Origin: Lepidodermella squamata | Lineage: Eukaryota; Animalia; Gastrotricha | Length of the DNA: 64,000 nt | NCBI GenBank assembly: GCA_047495785.1 | Contig: JBLDXI010000032.1 | Coordinates: 3,162,001 to 3,226,000, forward strand | Direction: 5' to 3' | In this document: positions 38,024 through 50,500 of the stretch, piece after piece | Layout of the letters: each line of letters opens with the position of its first letter | Numbering within the stretch: position 1 is the first letter of the stretch | The notes under the pieces: generated by a model | What the model saw: the letters and a program-made list of their open reading frames with translations, nothing else | Databases searched by the model: none | Told to the model about the DNA's origin: nothing | Position numbers and translations under genes: made by a program

Positions 38024-41000
38024 ATGAGTAATTCTTTCATGCAGCTCACACATGATGTCGAAGCTGAAAACCGCATACCGTTGGCTGAAATAACCCCTAT
38101 ACCGTCTGATAGAGCTGACGGCAGGCTGGACGACGTTCGCAGTAAAGAAATCGCCGAGAATTTGTTCAAGGAATCTGTTCTCGTGAAATTCAAGGCTGGC
38201 CGCTGCATACAATGGACGGAGATATCACCCGGAGCTTCAGCTTACCTTGTTAGGCTAAACGGCCATCGTGATCATGAATCAGCGTACTTGAAAGCTGTTG
38301 GCCGGCTTCTTATGAGTTATTGGAAACTTCGGGAGCCTGGGTTGTTGCTGGAAATAACTGGGTCGAGTGCGAATTTCGCCTACATCGATCAAACGGCGGT
38401 GACGAATTTCAATTGCGGCTTAGTCAATGCTGCGAGAAGCGTCGGTAAGATGTGTCAAACAATTATTTTAAATCGGGGCCCAAGGCCAATGGCAAATCCA
38501 AGAACTCACAAGGCATCAGTTTTAAATATGCAAATGAGCGACCAAAATTTCACTCAATATGTTGTCTTTTTTCATGCATCTTGAATTGCAATCTTGAATT
38601 GCCAGAATCAGGCCGCCGACCGCCGATCAGTGATCATTACCCTGCATTGTTCCGAAATATCAAAATTTTCTAAATAACGCTAATTCATCCTCAAAAAATT
38701 ATATTAGTCCAATGTTACTCCACGTTACGGTATTTGTTAATTGAAAAGCTAGAAAACTTAAAAATTGACTTTTTTTAAGCAATTGATGAAATTCTGATAA
38801 ATTTAAAAATATAAATGTAATTTTTCTAGATGCTTGGATTATCACGAATGGTCAAAATCTAGGTGTTACGAAACTGGTAGGTGATGCAGTCCGTCAGGCT
38901 CGCCTGGTGCATAGTGGCAAAAAGCCCGTCTGCATAGGAATAGGACCCTATGAGCGGGTCAAAAATGCTGTTTTGCCGATTCGAGGCAGCGTGGTGACCT
39001 CTGTCGCATCGGCTGATACATCTTGCTCTCAACATTTCGCAATGGACACGACGGTGGTTAGCGTCGATTCGAACCAACCGCCGAGTGGAATGAAGGAAGT
39101 CAAGTACAAGATCGATTTTGAAGACGATAAAAATAATAAATCGCGACATTCATTGGATCCCAATCATACCGCTCAACTTCTTGTCGATCAAGCCCGAGAT
39201 CGCCATTTTTGTGCGAAATTATTGGCCCATTTATCTCGAAATAAAGACCCCAATATTGGCTCGGTACCAAGTTTGCTCCTTGTCATTGGAGGCGATGAAT
39301 TTACGATGAAAACTATCGCTGAGACTTTGGCGATACCTTTCCACCTTAACGACACGCCGATTACCCCGATTTCCGGGTCGCCGCCTGACTTCAAGAAGAA
39401 ACTGCGCCGTCCTGTAGTTTTGTTGAAAGGATTGCGAGGTGTGGCTGATTTGCTGAGCTTTGCTTACGAGATAACTAAGTCTCCAGTTGCTAATGAATCA
39501 TCAAGCAGCTATGATGGCGGAATTCCCGCTAGGCAACCACCAGCATTCCCACCAAGGGCAGCTTCGACACCATTCGGAATTCGAAAGCCAAATAATTTTA
39601 ATGGAACTTTGTTAACACCATTGCCGACTACTACTACTTCTGCTGATTTCGGTGATGACTTGCCAGCAGACTTCGAAAGTCAAATCAGAAATCATCGTGA
39701 GATGTCGACTCTACTTGAGCTGTATGCCAGCAAACATCTCTTGGATGTTGAAGTCGAGACGTTACGGCTGATTGATTTCGTTCGAGAGTTCGTCCGCCAG
39801 CGCAAATTGGTAAAGATTCCGCAAATTTCACGACTGAATCAATTCAGATCGATTTCTTTATCTAGATTTCCGTGATCGACATCTTCGACGTGGAAAATGA
39901 TATGAGAGCTTTGCTATTCGAAGCAATTTTGAAGGCCGAAATTTACGAACCGACTGTATTATTCGAACTCGCCAGAACGTGGAACCGCCCAGATTTCGCT
40001 CGGATTTTACTTTGCAAGCACGGCGTGGCTTTGCGGGAAGCTTTTGAAAAGAAACCGACGGCATCTTCCGAAGCCAGCACGTCAGAGGCGCCATCTCCTG
40101 CGAAAGCAATGGGTCCAGAGGTCATGTTTGCCGCTCTCTGCGATGGCCAGGGAGAGTTCTGCAAACTAATGGATGACTTCAACATTATCTCGATGAAAAC
40201 TTATGTTACCCGAGCGGTAATGGCCGATTTATACCGGAAGGTAAAATTTAAAGTCTGAAAATCAAATATTTTCAGGATTAAAGGTTCCAGCTTTGGAGTT
40301 GAGCATTCTCGCCCTAAATTAATCACATTATTTTCGATGACATGCCGCGAATTTTGTTACTCGTACATATGAAGCAATTAAATAGCTGATATTAGTAATT
40401 TCAGATTTTTTCATAATTATTCCAGGTATTTTTGCTCGGTGGCTACAAGATCGATAAAAACTGTGTCAAGTTTTTCAAGCAAATACTTGATCGAGCAGTT
40501 GCTAACACTTTCAGTCCCGTCGTAAGTTAGAAAACCCCATTATTTCAGTATGATATTACCTGAGAATTTATTCCTTCAAGAACAAAGTCGACAATGACGA
40601 TAAATTCCTCAGGGTGGTTGGCCGACTTCTAGCTAAGAAACTGGGATGCTATCTGGACAACGTTTACACTGAGGGATTTCAGCGAATAATCACAGCGAAT
40701 CGGCGCGACAGTCCTACAGCTGATAACATAAGCATTACGAGTAAATTTTCCTAATTGATCAGTCCGATTCATCATTGACCCTTATTTGTGTTTTTCAGCT
40801 CTTCCGCGGCTTGCACGGGAGCCAATATTGACAACTAGACGGAAATGCAAGACAGCCACTGATCCTTCCTTGGATTCAATTTTAGTCGAACCACATTTAT
40901 GCGGGATGCGCGATCTATTTCTGTATTCTCTGCTTATCAACTCGCATGAGATGGCGATCAATGTTTGGCTGGAAGGTCAGGATCACATTGGAACGGCTTT

Positions 41001-42737
41001 ATTTGGCGCTAATTTTTTGAACCAGATGGCAAAGGATGCGGAAAACGATAAACTCATCGATGTAGCTGAGAAATACAATTCTGCATCGAAGTAAAATTCC
41101 GAGTCATGTTTAATATCTGAGACAAATGTTCATGTTCAGGGTGTGGTTGAGTCGAGCAAATCGAGTCTTGTCGATTTGCTACGAAGAAAACCCGCGTAGA
41201 ACTGCGCGTCTGTTGACTCGAGGCTTGGCAACGTGGCAGGATTATAACGTGCTGGAGATCGCGTTCTACGCCAAGCAGGAAGAGTTTCTCGGCCAACCGG
41301 CTGTTCAAACTAAGCTGAATGAGTTGTGGAATTCGCCCACCGTCACGCCAGGCATGGGTATCGCTGGATGCTGGCCATCATTGGGATGTTTTACTTCGCC
41401 CAAATTCAAATGCTGGCTCGATATGGTAACATTTTGTTTTCTTTTTTGCAAAATCCTCCTTAATATTGATGTAACAGTTCGTGAAGCTTGTTACGCTGTT
41501 GGCTTTCTCTTATTTCACGGTTATTGGCCATGAGGATGATGTGGGAAATTTTACCTCAGCTCGTTTTTGGCTCGAATTCTACATATGGTTCTGGGCAGTC
41601 GTGACTTTGGGCGAAAAAATACGAGAGGTATTTTGAAAATCTAAATTTGATTACTTCAATTGAAATTCGCCATGGTCTAGAGCTTCTTCGAAGGCTTGCT
41701 TAATCGCTGGAAAGAAAAGTTTCACCATTTTGTGACGCTGCCCTGGAATTGGGTCGATTTTATCGGTTTGACCTTACTTGTGAGCTCACGCGTGTCACGT
41801 TCGGAGTACTTCATTTCTCACTTTGGCGATCACTCAAGGTCATTCTACAGCCTTGCGTGTCTCTGTTATTGGGCTAAAGCTTTCCGAATCCTTCACGTGG
41901 TCGAACAGCTCGGATCCAAGGTCATAACATTGGGACGAATGGTAAGCTCCATTCACAACAAAAATCAGAATAATCTTACGATTTTCCTGTTATAGATTTG
42001 GGATTTTCTCTTTTTCCTCGCAATTTACGTCATCGTTCTGATTTCATTCTCCGTGCCAATCTACGTCATTATGTACCCTAACCATCGGGGCGGGAGTTCA
42101 ATCGGCGAGGTTTTGTCAATTCCTTACTCGCGGTGGTGGACTATAACTGGGATCTCGCTTGATGGCACTCGCGATGAAATTGAAGGCTCTTGCTCAACCT
42201 CGCATCGCTCTTTCGGTTTTGGCTACTCTAATGATACAGACCGCGGGGGAAGTAGTCATAAGTTGTGCCCTGAGAGGAATTGGATCGCGATAGGCCTACT
42301 CGCGACCTATCTCGTTGTGACCAACATCATGTTGCTCAACATGTTGATAGCAATGTAAGTACTTTTTATTTTTGTTTGATACTTAATTATTTAACTTAAT
42401 TGCTCGGACTTGAGGCTAACTCACACCGCTGAAACCGTCCGGGATCAATCGCTGAAAATGTGGCGCTATCGGTTCTATCAACTGACGAATGAGTTTTATC
42501 ACAAACCTATTCTCCCGCCTCCTTTTTCGATTATGGAATGGTTCTATTGCTGTTGCTACACTGATCAGCTCAGCTCAACGAGAATAAGTAAGGATTTATT
42601 TCCAATTAAAATTCTTATCTTGTACGTGTTGTACATATATAGAAACAATTTACAACTTCAACGATTTGGAATATCTGAGATTATCCTGCTTTGAACGGAA
42701 TGCAGCTTTAAAACTTGTCAAAACCAAAGGACTTTGA
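38024..42737 (+). CDS. Divergent TRPM-like channel, copy 5 (no N-terminal Cys/His cluster, no C-terminal coiled coil)
   Basis: EPGLLLEITGSS, AWIITNG, LDPNHT, WNRPDFAR, GQDHIGTAL, QPAVQTKLNELW, WNWVD, LGSKVITL, NIMLLNMLIAM, WRYRFY..KPILPPPFS; ends ...CFERNAALKLVKTKGL-stop. Confidence 0.88.
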
Positions 42738-44586
42738 AGCATTTAAGAGAGTAAACAATCAAAACGAAATTCTTTTTCTCAATAATTTGCGGCAGCTATA
42801 AGATTTAATTGATAAAAAGATAATAAATCATTACAATATCGTCTGGTGAAGGAAATAGACGGGAATCGCCGAGTTGTGTTTTCAAATCCTTGATCACTGT
42901 GATACAGTTGTCATCCATGATACAAATTTACCTGGTTACGGTAACAATCGTGATTTTTGGCTTTGCATATGGATAGCAACGCCGAACGTGAACATTCAGT
43001 GTTGGTGACAAGAATCTTTCCAGGACAGACCACGAGAACTTTTATTTCCAGTTCAAACAGCTCGAGACGTGCAATTTTCCTGGTAGGCGTCTCTTCGAAT
43101 TTGTCCGAAACGTCTATATTATTCATAACGGACGACCAGAGGGAAATTTCTGGTAACCCTGTTATATATCATGGCGCCATCGCTCAAAACATGAGGCCGC
43201 GTCAGAAGAGCCTCTAAGGATGCGCTTTGAACACTCGACTAGACAGATTCAAAATAATGCCCAAAATGGCTGCAGTTCCTTTCCCGCCCTTTCAGTTTCG
43301 AGACAGTGTTCGACTTCACAGAGTGAATAAAATGTGCCACATGCTGAAAAACGGTTCCTCGTCACGAAATCGACATACACCAGTTTTCGAGTTTTCGGTT
43401 CGAGAGTTTTCGGTAGAGGTTTTACCGTACTAATAAATGAATGCCTCGGCAACGAGGAAAAACAACAACGAGAAAGTACCGTAGGTATTTTCATGACCGA
43501 GTAATTTCGTGCGCCGCCGAGGCAAAGAGAGCTATTAGAGGTGCATCACTAACCGTTCTACATTAGAGTAGGATTGGCAGCCGTGCTTTCAAAACCTTCG
43601 CCAATGACAACCGCAAGCTTCGATTAATGCTTGTGCAGCGTTGCACGGAATTACGGTTCATGAATATAATCCGTTATAGTTTATAGTCTGGCTATCCACT
43701 CTCAATGAAACTACACAGGGCACTTTCTCCTTGAAGGAATACTCGGTGTTGCTCTTACGCGTTGCCGACGATTTCCATTCTCTTATATTCCTACGCTGTT
43801 TCGGATAAGGGCGCCCATCTTTGATAAAAGGTATTGCTGCAATTGGTAAGCTAAAAACGTGTCAAATTTTGAGGAATTTCCTCCTACAAATTTTGGAGGA
43901 ATCGCCAAAAAATATTTCAAAATTTTAACTCATCAGTTGTTGCGTGAATGGGCATACTACATCAGCATACCGTGCGTGCACATAATTCACAATTTTTCCG
44001 ATTTTGTTTTGATTGGGCATGTCTAAAAATAAATTGCGTATCTTCAAAGCTTTTGTTTGATGTACGGTGCAGCTTATTGTCAGCATCAAGCTCTGAAGTG
44101 AACAAAGCCAGTTCTGTCATTTCTGAATCAAAAACCTTATCATCTATCTTTTCATTCCGCGCGCATATCACACGCAATTGTTGGGACATCAGTGGCTACG
44201 GCACCAGTATGCGCTCAACGTGGCAGCTCCAATTACAACGTATTCGGTAAACAATATGGGAACTGAGCGCTCAAAACTGAAACAGCGGAGTTTGGTCGGA
44301 CGAAAATGTTAGCGGTGAAAGTGTTTATCTCTCATTTACTATTATACTAAGTGATTCATTGTGCATTTATCTGGCCATATTAATTTCTCACCGGCTATTA
44401 TTATTTATTAATTCATTACTTATAACGCGCTTCTTCAATCGCAACTGCGGAAAATAAATAACGCACGTTGCATCGCGATGGTGTCATGCACCCGTATTCT
44501 CAATTAAATCGTATTTCCGTCACTTGATTTTGAAGAATATTTAATTCATTTGCTGAAAATCACACATCCTAGAAGGCGTTTTAATT

Positions 44587-47500
44587 ATGAGTAATTCGTC
44601 CGAGCAGCTCGAAGCTAATAATACCTCGATACCGTTGGCTGAAATAGCCCCTGTAACGTCTGATAGATCTGACAACTTGCTGGACGACATCACAGGAATA
44701 GATAGGAGTTTGTATGCGGAATCTGTTCTCGTGAAATTCAAGGTCGGAAGCTACATACAATGGACGGAGGTATCACCGGGAGATTCGGCTTACCTTGTTA
44801 AGTTGGACGGCCGTCGTGAGCATGAATCCGCCTACTTGGCAGCCGTTGGTCGGCTCCTCACGAAGTATTGGAAACTTCAAGAGCCTAGGTTTTTACTAGA
44901 AATAACTGGCTCGAGTGCAAATTTCGCCTACATCGATCAAACGGTTGTAACGAATTTCAATTACTACCTAGTCAATGCTGCAAGAAGTGTCGGTAAGATA
45001 TCCAATAATATAATTACCAATATAATTATACCTTTATATATATATATATATTTATATATAATTATAATGGTACCTTAGTTACCGAAATATAAGCCCCCAC
45101 TCGTTTAGAAGCCTGTCTCCATTAGAAGCCTAGGTAAATTGAAATTCGACGATGCATAGTCCTATCTCGAATAGTAGCCTAGGCTACTACGGCGCGTGTG
45201 CTCTGCTGCGCTGAACGGTATTTAAAAACGAAAAATTCGTGAAGATATGTAATAATCTGCGATTTACGATGATTTTACTTAAAGCATTCCTTATTATTCC
45301 TAATTTTCCGCTATTAGACGACCTGGCTAATAACTAATAATGAACATTTTGATGCGTTTTGAGATTGAAAGACGGAAAGTAAAGTCAGGTCTCCGTTGCA
45401 TAAGCCTTGAAGAGAAGCCTACTTTTCCCCATTTTTCGAGGTATCATTTTTGTACAGTGTGTCCAAAAATTTTTGCAACATTACAAATCAATGCAGCTCC
45501 CTCATTTTTGCGAATTTTTCCATGATCAAGACAGATTCTGAAAGCTCAAATCACCGCGTTTTTTTCGATATCCATTTTATAAAAATCAGCCTTAAAATGA
45601 GTGCACAAACAAAGTTTGAAATGAAAAAATGCAATTTCTTTTTGACAACGACTTTTTCACCGCTATTTTCGTTGTTTAATCGTTGCATGTGGCCTCCAAC
45701 GGTCAAAGCCCGTATAGTTGAGCTTTACTTTACTCACGGCAACTCTCCGACGTCTGCCTGCAATGACATTATTGGCACAAGAGGCGGCGAAACTTGGCCC
45801 CCGAACAGCCCTGACTTGAATCCACTCGACTATTGGCTTTGGGGTCATCTCAAGCAAAGGCTTGCAAGGAAAAGCAACTATGGAACCAAGGAAAATCTGA
45901 AGAATGCCATCCGAAGGATCCTGCATGAGCTCAACAACGCCGAATTATTGAAGAAAGTCGTTGATTCCTTTCTAGTGCGAAGCACCGCGTGCATTTTAAA
46001 CGATGGTGGACATTTCGAAAAGTCGTTGTAATTTTGAAAATTATTTTTTTGCACATTATCTGTCACATCTTTCTCATTTTTGAACTTAACGCTATGTGAA
46101 TTTAACCAAATAAACGCGGTGATTTGAGCTTTCAGAATCTGTCTTGATCATGGAAATATTCGCCAAAAAGAGGGAGCTGCATCGATTTGTAATGTTGCAA
46201 AATTTTTTGGACACACTGTATAAGCCCGGGTTAGTATTTCTGTAACTACGGTATATTATTTATAAACGAGCGAAACGGGTGAATCGGACGATTCGGACAA
46301 CGCGGATGACAGCAGAACAACAGACTTCGGACCGCCGCGCTTCGGAAGCGTCTTTTTAAGACGTCTTTTCAGGGACTTGACATTTTTTGCGAGTGCAACT
46401 GACCGAAAAAATCCAGATCAAGTAACAAAAAATCGCACGATGTTTTCAAGAGCAGTGGTGGCGTAGTGGTTAGAGAGTATGACGGGTTGTCTGAGAGGAT
46501 GATTGTGCAAGGGTTCGAACCCAACAGCCTAAATCGAGGATTTTTTAACATATTTTTTTAAAGCTCGATTCTGCCACAAAGACGTCTTGATAAAGGCGCC
46601 TCAGCAGGCTAAGACGTCTTAGTAAAGGCGCCTTTAAGGCGCCTACAAGGCGTCTTACGAAAATACAGGGCGCCTTAAGCTAAGGCGCCTTTATGCGGTT
46701 TTTTTGCATTACGCTAACCCGTCTTTTCTGTGAGAGTGCACGCATTAAAATTATAACCATAACCGCGGGCGCAAAGTCGCAATATCATAGTAAATTAGAA
46801 AACACTGGGAGCCATAACTAATATAGTTTACATCTAAGCGCTTGTAGTCAACCTGATTGGCCCCATCTTAGGCGAGGCTACAACATCAAAATCCCTTGAC
46901 TTCGCAATTGAAAATTGCCGATTTCCGTCGTAGTTGGGCCGTTCTTCGCGCCTTAGATTTGTCGCAATGCTTAAATGACTTGAAATAATACCCGACTTGC
47001 GCCCCAAGACATGCGCTTTCTTACTGTAGTTGACTAATTTAGAAACGCCTCCGGGAATCGTCTAAGAGCAGACCTGACAAATGGTTTGCAGTTTGGCGGA
47101 GTTGATAGGCAGACTTCTTTCATCTATGGAGCGACCTGATCTATTAAGCTACCTGCTAAGATTTCAAATTTCCCTTCTTCCTCTTTGAGCATCGATGGCT
47201 CTGTAATGGTGATGAATTGGCTCATGAGATTTTGAGAGCTTATTCATATGGCTTCGGACTGCTCATAGCCACGATATGAGCCCATGAGGCCAGCGAACCC
47301 CATGGTTGAGAAATAGCAAGTGTTATGATTTGCATGCTTATTTAGCTAACCTTACCCTACGCCGATTAATTCTCGAATTAAACATTAAATAATCGATAAA
47401 CATAATTACGCAAAAGTTACCCCACGTTACGGTATTTGTTGAACATTTGAAATTGTATGTATAAATGATAATACCTATGTTGTTAAGATGCTTGGATTAT

Positions 47501-50500
47501 CACAAATGGTCAACATCGAGGTGTCACCAAATTGGTTGGAGATGCAGTCCGTCAGGCTCACCTGGCGCATAGCGGCAAGAAGCCCATATGCATTGGAATA
47601 GGTCCGTATGAGGGAATCAAAAATGCTGAGACGCTTCTTCATGGCAGCGTGCCGGCCTCAGACCCTGCAACTGATACATCCTACTCTCGACTTATCACGA
47701 TGGAATTTCATGCTTCTGACTCGTCCATAGCAACCCGCGATTCGAACGAACCGCCGAGGGGAATATTAGAGGTTGAATACGAGATCGATTTTGAGGTCGA
47801 CGAAAATAATAAATCGCGACATTCATTGGATCCCAATCATACCGCTCAACTTCTTGTCGATCAAGCTCGAGATCGCCATTTTTGTGCGAAATTATTGGCC
47901 CATTTATCTCGAAGTGAAGACCCAAATATTGGCTCAGTTCCAAGTTTGCTCCTTGTCATTGGAGGAGACGAACTCACGATGAAAACTATCGCTGAAACTT
48001 TGGCGATACCCTTCCACCTTAATGACACGCCGATTACGCCAGTTTCAGAGTATCCGCCTGACCTTGAAAGCAAACTGCGCCGTCCTGTTGTTTTGTTGAA
48101 AGGATTGCGAGGCGTGGCTGATTTGCTGAGCTTTGCTTACGAGATAACTGAGCATCTGAATGTAGAATTATCAAGCTTCTGTGATGAAGAATTCAAAAGT
48201 CAAATAAGAAATCATCGCGAAATGTCTATTCTACTTGAGCCACTTGTTGGCTTGGATGTTGAAGCCGAGGCGTTGCGGCTGATTAAGTTTGTTGAACAGG
48301 TCGTCCGCCAGCGCCAATTGGTAAAGATTCAGGCTCTCTGACGACTGTATTGAATAATTTTGGAATTTGTTGTCTAGATTTCCGTGATTGACATCTTCGA
48401 CGTGGAAAATGATATGAGAGCTTTGCTATTCGAAGCAATTTTGAAGGCTGAAATTTACGAACCGACTGTATTATTCGAACTCGCCAGAACTTGGGACAGG
48501 CCCGATTTTGCTCGGATTTTGCTTCGCAAGCACGGTGTGGCTTTGCGGAAAGCTTTCGAAAATAAACCCAAGGAAGTCAGTACAGTAGATTCGCCATCAA
48601 ATGCGAAGCTGGGTCGGGAGGTCATGTTTGCCGCTCTCTGCGATGGCCAGGGAGAGTTCTGCAAACTGATGGACGACTTCAACATAATCTCGATGAAAAC
48701 CTATGTTACCCGTGCGATAATGGCCGAATTATACCGGAAGGTAAAACTTCAAGTCTAAAAACCAAATATTAGCAATTTCCAGCATTCTAGTTAAGCACTC
48801 TAGCCACATGGAACAAGTTATATGCGTGACGCGCGCCTTCGAAATTCCAAAAGCCGCTTGCGTTTCGGTATAACTCTCTATTTGACGGTAATTCTTTTAC
48901 CGCAGCCCGCAAACCAGGTTACCTTAATGTTGGTGCGGTAAAACTAGCGCGGCCGCGTTATCAAGTTTTTACCGCGTCAGTTTTACCGTAAAAGCACTTG
49001 CGGCAGTAACTATTCAACTTTTTTGTTTTGTCAGTGTGAGGCTGACTTAGCGAGCGCAAGAAATATGCTGCTTATGAGACCTGAAAGAATAATGCGCGCA
49101 CACCATGGTAACGCGTCAAAGTTTCAATTTGCATTGGAAGACAAGCATTGCAGCGGATGCGTAACACGCACTATTTAAGTACGCGAGTGGCTACGCACAG
49201 TTCCAACTCCATTTCTATTCCTCCACCTATAAGAGCTGAACTTACCGCTGAGAAATTAATTTTACCGCACGCAGTATTTGCATGCTTTAGTGTCGCAGTG
49301 TATTGCCGTTTACGGTAAATTATTTACCGCAACTAGAGAACAATGGCGAGATGAAGTTACCGTCAAATGGAGAGTTTGGGAAATTATACCCAAACGCTAG
49401 CGAAGCCTCAATTTAAAAAAAAAATCCGCAAAAATAAAAATTCCGGATGGCTTAAATATCGCGGCGACAGAACTCGGTTTTGAATTCACACAATTTTGTC
49501 CGCGCAATCCGCGCAATTTTTTCATTCGAATTTGAGAGGTTGCAGAGCTGTCCTGCACTGCTAGGCAGACTTTTGGCGCATCGGATAGTGCGCTTCGCAC
49601 TGATCGCGTAACTCTCCATAACGAGCACGCATAAACGCAGTGTCCTCCTACACCTCCTCTATTTTTACCTTTTTTACCTCCTCTCCCACCCCACCCGCTC
49701 TCCCCGCTCTGTGTTCCTCCCACGAACCCTCGAATTACATCATCGACCTCCCCCAAAATTATGAAATCGATAACCTAAAATTCCTACAGTACCTACGCGT
49801 TGAGAAAAAGTAGATCTATTTTATTGAAGTGGCTCGGTAACGGCAATCTTTCCCTCTTCCAAACGAAGTAATCATCTGCTTGCTATCCGGTTTGTGCATA
49901 TTTTGGCTGGCCGGTCGGCCCCTGCTTTTCCTAGTTTTAGATATTATAGTGGAAAATGTATATTTTTCCAAGGTTTTTCTGCTTGGTGGTTACAAGGTCG
50001 ATGAACACTGTGTCAAGTTTTTCAAGCAAATATTTCAGCCAGCAATGTCAAGCACATCCAAGTACTTGCAAGCAAGTTGAATAAACCATATAGTATTTGT
50101 GTGACAATAATAAGAATTATTTCCTTCAAAAGTCAATGGCCACATATGAAAATTTGCTCCTTAAAGATGTTGGCCGACTTCTAGCTAAGAAAGTGGGATG
50201 CTATTTGGACAACGTTTACACCGAGAGATTTCAACGAATAATCACAGCGAATCGGCGCGATAGTCCAACGGCTTATAACATAAGCATTAAGAGTCAGTTA
50301 TACTTCCTTAATCTCTCTTCCGATTCATTTTATATATTTCTGTGCTTCAGCCCACCCGCGGTTTGCACGGGAGTCAATATTGACAACTAAACGGAAATGC
50401 AAATCAGCTGACCCTTCGTTGAATTCAATTTCGATCGAGCCGTACTTATGTGGAATGCGCGATTTATTTCTCTATTCTCTGATTATCGACTCGCATGAGA

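Noticed and set aside
31700-38024. Operon/trans-splicing of closely spaced TRPM genes
   Set aside because: Spacers are ~670-870 bp, and upstream acceptor-like sites could be 5' UTR introns; this cannot be supported without transcript data.
42850-44330. Short ORFs between TRPM copies 5 and 6
   Set aside because: No recognisable motifs, frequent stops and no consistent splice pattern; possibly decayed repeat DNA.
46452-46530. Functional tRNA gene
   Set aside because: Box A/B are present but the acceptor and anticodon stems do not pair; treated as tRNA-derived.
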